NCBI GenBank assembly: GCA_934660865.1
Contig: CAKUIA010000022.1
Span: 1 to 23,905 of the forward strand
From: an uncultured Opitutales bacterium
Lineage (GTDB): Bacteria; Verrucomicrobiota; Verrucomicrobiia; Opitutales; Intestinicryptomonadaceae
Reading direction: 5' to 3'
Length of the DNA: 23,905 nucleotides
The stretch's first letter is position 1. Each line of letters starts with the position of its first letter. The notes beneath the pieces were generated by a model that was not told the origin of the DNA, ran no database searches, and saw nothing but the letters and a program-made list of their open reading frames with translations. Made by a program: the position numbers and the translations under genes. Positions 16,919 to 23,565 of the stretch are shown here, one piece after another.

Positions 16919-17304
16919 TTTTGCCAATCGCCCTTAAGCACAAATACTTTTTTAATGTTAAATTCGTTTCTCAATTTGTCGGCAACCGCCCTGCCCGCGT
17001 TGCAGTCGTTTGCCGAGCAATACACCAAAACCGCGCAATCGGGTTGCCACAGTTCAAAAAAAGCGGCAAGGCTGTTTTCAAAATCTTCAGCCGGCAGGTT
17101 AACCGCATTTTCAATATGCCCCGTTTTGTAGTCTTTGCGGGAGCGCGCGTCTACAACAACAAGCCTTTCTTGTAAGTTTTCGACTTCGGCAAGCGTAATT
17201 TCGGCAACTTTTGCGGCAATGCGGTTATTGTTTAGCAAAAAATTTGCAAACGCCAAAAGTATGCTTAAAAGCAAAATAACGATTATGCCGTTAATTGTTT
17301 TCAT
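16897..17304 (-). CDS. Membrane-anchored rhodanese-like domain protein
   Basis: I take the start at ATG 17304 (MKTINGIIVILLLSILLAFA). Contains VVDARSRKDYKTGHIENAVNLP and LVYCSANDCNAGRAVADKL...LKGDWQKW, i.e. a rhodanese fold with a CxxxxC active-site loop. Confidence 0.75.
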   Translation of the reverse strand: MKTINGIIVILLLSILLAFANFLLNNNRIAAKVAEITLAEVENLQERLVVVDARSRKDYKTGHIENAVNLPAEDFENSLAAFFELWQPDCAVLVYCSANDCNAGRAVADKLRNEFNIKKVFVLKGDWQKWKTSKN

Positions 17305-18616
17305 ATGCACCCAAAAACAGGCTTGTCCAATTAGGGACATAGTCGCCCACGCCGCCAAGCATTATAACCGAAATGCCGGTGTTGTTTGCCGCAATTTCGC
17401 GCCATTTTTTGCGGTTGCGCCAATCCGAAAAAATGCCCAAATATACGCTTGCATTTTCAAGCCTTAAATTGGCACATTCTTCGCTTGCGGTCATATTTAA
17501 TATTATTTTCCTGTCGGCCGAAATTTGCGAAATTTCGTCTGCATTTTTAGCCCCGCAAATAATTGCGGTTTTAAAGTTGCCGCTTTGCAAAGTGTCGCAA
17601 ACAAGCACGGTAGTTTTATTGCGGCGGCAAAATTCGGCAAGCTCGCCGCCAAACCTTAGCCCCAAAGATTTTTCGTCGGGGGCAAAAAGCAGGTAGTCGG
17701 CCGTAGTGGAACTTCCGCAAAGAACCTTGCCGTTTTCGTAAAACTTAAGCTTATATTGGCGGGGCAATGCCAACGACACCGCACATATCGCCGAAAACCC
17801 CGCAACCGTCAACAGAACAACCGACAAATAAAAACGGCCGCACAAAAAACGGCGCCTGTTGCATATTATCGCCACAAAAAGCAGCGCAAGCGGTATTACC
17901 CACAAAACCCAATAGTTTGCAACATTGCTAAACGATGCGCACAACCCGAAACAAAGCCAGGTTGCAAAGGCGCTTAAGCTAGGCAAATTGCGCGAAAACG
18001 TAAAAGTTATGCACAAGGCAAAAGCCCAAAATGCCACATATGCAATTTTAAGGCACAAATTGTGCCCGCACATAAACTCTAAATGCGAATTTATAAGCGA
18101 AATATACTGCGCGCCGTCGTCGGGGTTTTGGTACCAGTTTGCGTATACTTGCGATGGAGATTTTTCTCCCGTTCCGTTCGGAATGTCGGTTATCATTTTT
18201 AAGCCCGACAAATATATGTCGGCCCTGCAGTTTGCCGACGAGCTTTGCAAAGTTGCCATATTCGACATTCTCAGGGAAAGCGTGCTGTTTAAATACATAA
18301 AAAACGCAACCGCAAAAGCCGCAAAAATGCAAAAAATGCGCAGCTTATTTCGCGTAAAACCGCAAAGGCAAAGAAACGCCGCCAACGAAATTGCCAGCGA
18401 AACAAATGCCCCGCGAGACTGCGTTTGCAATAAAAAGCCGAACAGAACAAGCGACGCAACAATGCAAACGTAAAAACCCATTTTCTTGAAAACCGCGGCA
18501 AAAACCCACAGCGCCAATATTGCACACGCGATAAACGCCGCCGTACGGTTTGCGCTGGAAATGCCGTAGCCAAACCAGTCCAATCTTTCGGGTACAATGT
18601 CGAGCAACAGATTCAT
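17291..18616 (-). CDS. O-antigen ligase (Wzy_C)-like polytopic membrane protein with an extra ~156-aa C-terminal soluble domain
   Basis: The start at ATG 18616 overlaps the upstream stop as ATGA. LLQTQSRGAFVSL and NGTGEKSPSQVY...LINSHLEFMCGHNL resemble the Wzy_C SRG and GxG...HN motifs. The C-terminal domain is encoded at 17294-17761. Confidence 0.6.
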   Translation of the reverse strand: MNLLLDIVPERLDWFGYGISSANRTAAFIACAILALWVFAAVFKKMGFYVCIVASLVLFGFLLQTQSRGAFVSLAISLAAFLCLCGFTRNKLRIFCIFAAFAVAFFMYLNSTLSLRMSNMATLQSSSANCRADIYLSGLKMITDIPNGTGEKSPSQVYANWYQNPDDGAQYISLINSHLEFMCGHNLCLKIAYVAFWAFALCITFTFSRNLPSLSAFATWLCFGLCASFSNVANYWVLWVIPLALLFVAIICNRRRFLCGRFYLSVVLLTVAGFSAICAVSLALPRQYKLKFYENGKVLCGSSTTADYLLFAPDEKSLGLRFGGELAEFCRRNKTTVLVCDTLQSGNFKTAIICGAKNADEISQISADRKIILNMTASEECANLRLENASVYLGIFSDWRNRKKWREIAANNTGISVIMLGGVGDYVPNWTSLFLGAYENN

Positions 18617-19680
18617 TTTTCTATTATTGTCCCCCAGGCTTTTGCAAGCGGTTTTGTTGGCAGCGCAACCATATATCTTCTGTCCGCAACGTTGCCCACC
18701 GCCGATTCTACGGGGTATGCAACCTGGTTTAAATAGTCGCCAATGTAAACGGGGTGGCGCAAAAGATAGAATTTGTCGACCGGCGGCGCAACCCAATTCG
18801 GATTGCTTGCATCGGGAATAAAATTTATCAGATACTTGAAAAATTCAAGCGAAAGATTGTTTATCTGCGAGTTCGTTGCATGCCCCAAATTTTCGCCCGC
18901 CTTAAAAATTACCGCGCAGTTTAAGTCTATCATTCTTTCGTAAAATCTTTTTGCCGACGTATAGCCATATTCAAGCTCGCCCGTAGTTACAAGCCACACA
19001 ATGCCCCTTGCGTTTGCATTGGGAATATCGTAGCTGGAGTTTACGTGAATGTGTATGCCCGAAAAATACTGCGGTTTGCGCATTGCCATTCTGTGCGCAA
19101 TTTGCGCCCCGCCGCTAAAGCCGTATAGCATAACCGCGTTTCTCGGAAGCATATATTTGCCCATTATGCGCTTAAAGCCCGTTTCCCACTCCGACAGCCT
19201 GTCGTTGAAGATAAAGTCGTAGTCTTTGGCCTGCTTTGCGTTCATTTCGTCGGTGCTTACCGACGGCGAATAGCCGCCGAAATTAGACCACGTAAGCATT
19301 GCCAAATTGTTTTCGTCGGCAAATTTTATAAGATGTTTGTAGTGACTTTCCGAATAGGTAAGGTTGTTTTTTAAATCGTTGGGCAGTTTGTTCCAAGTGC
19401 ATATTGCGATAACGCCCCTTACGCACGGTATCTTTGTTTTCTTTGCGTTTTCAAACTTTTCCTTTGTCCAAATCCGCGGCATGCGCACAACATAGGCTAT
19501 TTCCTCTAGTTTGTTGCGCTTTTTCCAGTTTTTTTGGGCAACCTGCGTTTTGGCGTCGGTGCGGTAAACACTCGTGAAAATCCTGTCGCTTTCAATCAAA
19601 TATTTTTCGGGCGCCTGCGTTTGCGAAAAGGCCGCAAATGGCAGGCACAGCAAAAAAATACGCAATAAAAACCCCGCCAT
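18613..19680 (-). CDS. Secreted alpha/beta-hydrolase (esterase), paralog 2
   Basis: The start at ATG 19680 is preceded by AGGAG and overlaps the upstream TAA by 1 nt (TAATG). The signal peptide is MAGFLLRIFLLCLPFAAFS/QT. The nucleophile elbow is LYGFSGGAQ, and the candidate catalytic His is in ENLGHATN. Confidence 0.7.
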   Translation of the reverse strand: MAGFLLRIFLLCLPFAAFSQTQAPEKYLIESDRIFTSVYRTDAKTQVAQKNWKKRNKLEEIAYVVRMPRIWTKEKFENAKKTKIPCVRGVIAICTWNKLPNDLKNNLTYSESHYKHLIKFADENNLAMLTWSNFGGYSPSVSTDEMNAKQAKDYDFIFNDRLSEWETGFKRIMGKYMLPRNAVMLYGFSGGAQIAHRMAMRKPQYFSGIHIHVNSSYDIPNANARGIVWLVTTGELEYGYTSAKRFYERMIDLNCAVIFKAGENLGHATNSQINNLSLEFFKYLINFIPDASNPNWVAPPVDKFYLLRHPVYIGDYLNQVAYPVESAVGNVADRRYMVALPTKPLAKAWGTIIEK

Positions 19681-20585
19681 TACCGCTCCTGAATTTTTCT
19701 CCAAGTTTCCGCCAAATTTTCGCTTCTAAACGGGCAATACATTTCCGATTGGTCGTTAAAAATCGACACATCTAAGTCGAAACTGGAAATGTCGCAATAA
19801 ATGTCCTTTTGCGGTTTTTTGTCGCCCCGCCAAATGGCAAGCTCTTCGTCGAAAAACTCGCGCACAAATTTTTCGAACTTTGCGCTTCGGTTGTGCCCCG
19901 TGTTGGAAATGCTTACCCATATCCACGGGCGCTTGTCTTTGCGGCCGCTGTAGTAATAGCCAAAAGTCGGCTGCCAGCGAAGCCCGTCTTTTTCGCCGCA
20001 GGCTACAATGCCGCGCGCATTTGTAAGCTTTGCGCCGCTTTTGGGGTAATCCCAAAACTGCGCCGAATACGCGCACCATGCCAAAATCCTGTCGGGACAC
20101 CAGTCTATAAACCTGCTTACAAAATGCGCCCCGCCCGAAAACCCGTAAAGCACAAGGGGCAAATCTTTGCCGTATACGCGTTTTACTTCGTCTAACAGAG
20201 CCTGCCCCGAGCCGTATTGCGGCCAGTAGTAGCCCGTTTTTGTTTCGTACAAATCTTCGGGGTTCGATTGGTAGTTTAATGCGATTATCCCCAAATTGTT
20301 TTTCTTGGCAAAATCAAGCCACGGGGTTTCTTTTGTAAAAAATTCGCCGTTTGTGTTCATGCCCGGTGCAAGCACCAAAACCGCCTTTGCGTTTTCGCAA
20401 ACTACATTGCTAAACAAAAATTTGCTGTTTGCAAAAAGGCTTATTTGGCAAAAACAAAAAGCTGCCAGCAGGCAAAATTTCGGCAAAAAACAAAACCTTT
20501 TAACTTTTCGGCAAATTATAGCTGAAAATTTCAACCCATAAACGCCCGAAAAATTTTTTATTTCATTAATACTACCGAACCTCAT
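19680..20585 (-). CDS. Alpha/beta-hydrolase (esterase), paralog 1; start codon uncertain
   Basis: LYGFSGGAHF, ARGIVACGEKDG and NTGHNRS parallel paralog 2. The track start at 20621 is the TTG of a TTGACA box. Candidate ATG starts are 20603 and 20585. A TTG at 20486 (AAAGG 9 nt upstream, and a perfect TATAAT on the minus strand at 20515-20520) would give a clean signal peptide MPKFCLLAAFCFCQISLFA/NS. Confidence 0.6.
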   Translation of the reverse strand: MRFGSINEIKNFSGVYGLKFSAIICRKVKRFCFLPKFCLLAAFCFCQISLFANSKFLFSNVVCENAKAVLVLAPGMNTNGEFFTKETPWLDFAKKNNLGIIALNYQSNPEDLYETKTGYYWPQYGSGQALLDEVKRVYGKDLPLVLYGFSGGAHFVSRFIDWCPDRILAWCAYSAQFWDYPKSGAKLTNARGIVACGEKDGLRWQPTFGYYYSGRKDKRPWIWVSISNTGHNRSAKFEKFVREFFDEELAIWRGDKKPQKDIYCDISSFDLDVSIFNDQSEMYCPFRSENLAETWRKIQER

Positions 20586-20616
20586 ACGCACTACAAAACA
20601 CATACCTACAAAAATT

Positions 20617-20642
20617 GTCAAGCGTTTTTAGTGATATTTTTA
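20617..20642 (-). promoter_or_regulatory. Promoter-region motif copy A: TAAAAATATCAC-N8-CTTGAC (minus-strand reading)
   Basis: On the + strand this reads GTCAAG (20617-20622) -N8- GTGATATTTTTA (20631-20642). A near-identical block with the same spacing lies at 22110-22135. I could not place a convincing -10 box after this copy. Confidence 0.35.
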
Positions 20643-20846
20643 ATATCTTACAAATTTATTTATAAGCCTGTTTGCTGTTAATATATTTTTGCAAAATTTT
20701 GTTTTATTACAAAAAGCAAAGCCTGCAAATACACCGCATACCCTTTTATGCAACAGCATATGCGGTAAATTTTTCAACCTACTTTAATGCTTTTTCAAGC
20801 TTTTTAGCCAGTTGCGACATTTGATAAACACCGTTTCTTTTTGGGT

Positions 20847-20969
20847 CTAATCGGTTTTAATTTTTACGGAATCTGCATTTGGCTGCTGCAAATTAAAAAA
20901 CACATCGCCAAACAAATTGCATAGCGGCAACACACAAAAAAAAGAAAATACAAGCAACGACTTTTTCAT
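20847..20969 (-). CDS. Candidate 40-aa exported peptide (below the ORF-track size cut-off)
   Basis: My hand translation of the minus strand gives ATG 20969...TAG 20847 = MKKSLLVFSFFCVLPLCNLFGDVFFNLQQPNADSVKIKTD. It has an MKK + hydrophobic signal-like N-terminus and starts 6 nt after the stop of the 360-aa gene (TAG-GGTAAA-ATG). Confidence 0.3.
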   Translation of the reverse strand: MKKSLLVFSFFCVLPLCNLFGDVFFNLQQPNADSVKIKTD

Positions 20970-20975
20970 TTTACC

Positions 20976-22058
20976 CTATTTAAAGAAAATTTTAGAATCT
21001 ATACCCATAATTTTTGCATTCTCGATAGCCGCAATTTGAATGGGATTAAATTTTACAAACTTATGTTCGATGTTTTTGCCGTCTTTATTAAAAACAATTC
21101 TAAGCGAATCGCTATTTTCCATAATTTCTTCTATCTTACGATAAGTTAGCGTTTTAAAATCAACGCCGTTAATTTTCAAAATTTCGGCATTTAATATGCC
21201 CGTTTTTGCATAATTTTCATATAAATATTTAGACCATTCTTTGTTTAATTCTATGCGGTTAAACAAAATTTCCATTCCGTAATAGCCCTTATTTTTTTCC
21301 GTTCTTAATTTGTAGGTTATGGGGTCAAAAAATTTATAGTTTGCAATGGATATACGCTTTTTGTTGAACGAGTTTTCCACTTTAAACTTAAAATTTAAGT
21401 TCGGAATATAAATTTGCAAATATTCAAGCATACCGTTTTTTGCCAAGCTTGCCTTAAGCGAATATTTACCGTCGGCAAAAATATCCACCTTTTTATCGGA
21501 AAGCAGCTGCGTTATGTCGGCTTTTACCGCTTTTTTCAGTTCTGCTACAACTGCAGAGTTTAGCATTGTACGGTTGTTGCGTTCCAATTCATCTAGAATA
21601 GACGAAATATTTTCTACACTTGGGTGCAAATAACGCTGCATATTTGGGTAAGCATTGTCTTTTGCAAATAGTCTTGAATATTCGTCGCTTCCCGAATTTT
21701 CATGAAATACCCCCGCTTTGGAATATATTTTGCGCACATTATATTTTTTTGGCATGGCGGCAGCATTAAATTCCACAACTTCCGTATTCTCAAGAACGAA
21801 GGCTTCGCCGGTATTTACGCTATAGCTTATGCTTTCCGCCCTCCGGTTATTTGAAAACGATACTTTAGTTTCCGCAAATTCTATTTTTTCATCGTTCAAA
21901 TCTTCGAAAAACCGCATAGATTTAACATCGTTTTTCAAAGACAAAAGCTCGGCAAACCCCAGCATTGAAAATTCGCCTGCATACATCGCCCCCGCGCCGA
22001 TTGCAAAGGCAAAAACCACAAGTTTTAGAGCAAACATTTTCGCAAAACCGAACTTCAT
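20976..22058 (-). CDS. Secreted 360-aa hypothetical protein with a possible C-terminal PDZ-like segment
   Basis: The ATG at 22058 is preceded by GAAAGGG. The signal-like N-terminus is MKFGFAKMFALKLVVFAFAIGAGAMYA. The C-terminal GILNAEILKINGVDFKTLTYRKIEEIMENSDSLRIVFNKDGK resembles a PDZ strand pattern. Coding sequence is AT-rich. Confidence 0.6.
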   Translation of the reverse strand: MKFGFAKMFALKLVVFAFAIGAGAMYAGEFSMLGFAELLSLKNDVKSMRFFEDLNDEKIEFAETKVSFSNNRRAESISYSVNTGEAFVLENTEVVEFNAAAMPKKYNVRKIYSKAGVFHENSGSDEYSRLFAKDNAYPNMQRYLHPSVENISSILDELERNNRTMLNSAVVAELKKAVKADITQLLSDKKVDIFADGKYSLKASLAKNGMLEYLQIYIPNLNFKFKVENSFNKKRISIANYKFFDPITYKLRTEKNKGYYGMEILFNRIELNKEWSKYLYENYAKTGILNAEILKINGVDFKTLTYRKIEEIMENSDSLRIVFNKDGKNIEHKFVKFNPIQIAAIENAKIMGIDSKIFFK

Positions 22059-22085
22059 AACACCCTTTCTTTTGTAACCGCAGGT

Positions 22086-22135
22086 AGAATAAGTTTTACG
22101 CCAAACACCGTCAAGTATTTTGTGTGATATTTTTA
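22086..22135 (-). promoter_or_regulatory. Sigma70-like promoter of the 360-aa gene, including motif copy B
   Basis: On the minus strand, TTGACG (22114-22109) is followed by a 17-nt spacer and TATTCT (22091-22086). Upstream lies TAAAAATATCAC (reverse complement of 22124-22135). The ATG is about 28 nt downstream of the -10 box. Confidence 0.5.
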
Positions 22136-22179
22136 TATTTGCATACTTTTAACAAATACAAATAGCGTTTTATATCCAT

Positions 22180-22218
22180 ATAATAAAAATGTCTTTTATC
22201 CATTAGACAAAAGACATT
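22180..22218 (-). terminator. Rho-independent terminator of the upstream island operon
   Basis: A perfect 10-bp inverted repeat AATGTCTTTT (22188-22197) / AAAAGACATT (22209-22218) has an 11-nt loop. On the minus strand it is followed by TTTATTAT. It lies about 57 nt after the stop at 22275. Confidence 0.5.
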
Positions 22219-22274
22219 ATGGCACATATTGTAAGTTGCCTATGTATGTTAAACTAAATTTTTGCGCAAAATCA

Positions 22275-22865
22275 TTAAGGAGAAGTGTACTGCAGGTTTT
22301 CGCTTGCTGGAATATAGCTTTTGGCAAGAGCAAGCCACTGTTCTAAAACTTCGCCTTCGAGAACGATTGGCTTTGAGTATACCGTCAATTTATTTGGATC
22401 TATGCCTCTAAATTTCACAAAATTGTCCAAACTAGCCGTTATTTTTATTGTTTTCACCTTTTTGGGTTTTGGATTTAAAATAACGTCTTTTATAACCTCC
22501 AAAAAACTTTCGACCAGCCCATAGACCAAATATTGGCTGTTTGGGCTATCGTTATACGAATATTCGGCGCCGCACATTATATATTTTGGCAGCCCGCACC
22601 CGCAAACTATCCCTCCTAAGTTTCCGTTTTCATCTACCACAATAGCATGAATTAATATATCCATGGAATTCACCGAAGCATTATTGAACGAAATTTCGCG
22701 CAAATCTTTGGATTTATCTATAAAAAGCTTAAACGGCGCACGCAATTTTGGTTCTACAACCAAGCGCATTTTAAAGTTGTCGGCAAAAAACTTTAAATCG
22801 TCTGCTGTGTCTGCCGCGGCATACAACCCCAATATAAAAGACATGCAAATTATAAGTTTTTTCAT
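22275..22865 (-). CDS. Secreted 196-aa hypothetical protein
   Basis: I take the start at ATG 22865 (MKKLIICMSFILGLYAAA/DT signal peptide), 1 nt after the upstream TGA (TGA-A-ATG). Contains a VCGCGLPKYIMCG Cys cluster. No family recognised. Confidence 0.6.
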   Translation of the reverse strand: MKKLIICMSFILGLYAAADTADDLKFFADNFKMRLVVEPKLRAPFKLFIDKSKDLREISFNNASVNSMDILIHAIVVDENGNLGGIVCGCGLPKYIMCGAEYSYNDSPNSQYLVYGLVESFLEVIKDVILNPKPKKVKTIKITASLDNFVKFRGIDPNKLTVYSKPIVLEGEVLEQWLALAKSYIPASENLQYTSP

Positions 22866-22866
22866 T

Positions 22867-23565
22867 TCACTTAAGGCACTTACCGTTGCAAGTTGCTTCA
22901 TGTTCCCAACCTCCGCATGCACATGTAATATATCCAGAAAACTGCACATCTTTCCCATGCAACCTATGGAACTCTTCTTGTTTTACATTGTGGCTCGCCT
23001 GAAATTTTTGCTTTAAATCAACCGCCTTTCTCTCAAAATTTCTCACGGCTTCGGACAGTGCGTTTTTATACGATGAACCGGTTTCTCGCACAACTAAATT
23101 TTTTGCATGCGTGTATAGAGATGTACCTACCACATCTTTATTCCATTGTTTAATAACATTGTAGTGTCCCTGTTCGTGTATTACAATTTCGCCATGCACC
23201 CGTTTCCATGTTGTTCTACAACCGCAACATTTTATTTCGCTTAAATTATATTCCACCCATTCTGGAATAATATATCTTTGAAATCTAACTTCAACTTTAA
23301 ACAAAGAAAGGTCTGTAGCACAAGCTACAAAACAAGAAGCATCGTCAATTCCGCTATCTACTATCTTATGTCTTATTACAATGTTTTTATTATCATCATA
23401 CGCAGTAAACCCGGCAAAATGACGTCCATCCTTATCAATTATTTTCCATGTAGGCATTCCCGGTTTTGGAATTTTATTGTAGTTTTCACCGTATATATTT
23501 TCTGCGTTCGAAATGCATGCGCCCAACATAACCATTAACGCAAAGAATATTTTAATTTTCTTCAT
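22867..23565 (-). CDS. Lipoprotein with an HExxH zinc-metallopeptidase motif (DUF922-like predicted secreted Zn protease, by recollection)
   Basis: I take the start at ATG 23565. The lipobox is MVMLGAC (Cys17). HEQGH is encoded at 23164-23178 (verified codon by codon). Cys clusters are CFVAC, CCGC and CAC...CNGKC. The late FHRLHGKD segment resembles the conserved C-terminal HG of DUF922 as I remember it. Confidence 0.6.
   Translation of the reverse strand: MKKIKIFFALMVMLGACISNAENIYGENYNKIPKPGMPTWKIIDKDGRHFAGFTAYDDNKNIVIRHKIVDSGIDDASCFVACATDLSLFKVEVRFQRYIIPEWVEYNLSEIKCCGCRTTWKRVHGEIVIHEQGHYNVIKQWNKDVVGTSLYTHAKNLVVRETGSSYKNALSEAVRNFERKAVDLKQKFQASHNVKQEEFHRLHGKDVQFSGYITCACGGWEHEATCNGKCLK

Noticed and set aside
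17925-18473. 182-aa + strand ORF inside the O-antigen-ligase-like gene, plus similar antisense ORFs at 5314-5874 and 14870-15310
   Set aside because: They are antisense to better-supported genes, lack start context, and their composition is typical of shadow frames.
20586-20621. TTGACA at 20616-20621 as the -35 box of a canonical sigma70 promoter for esterase paralog 1
   Set aside because: I could not find an acceptable -10 hexamer at 16-18 nt spacing (TTTTGT at best). It is kept only as part of the shared motif. The TATAAT at 20515-20520 is an alternative promoter.
20733-20775. Hairpin ACCGCATA...TATGCGGT in the AT-rich intergenic region, as a terminator or ncRNA
   Set aside because: It has an 8-bp stem but an 18-nt loop, and only a weak T-tract on the strand that is actually transcribed (minus). 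There is insufficient evidence for either call.
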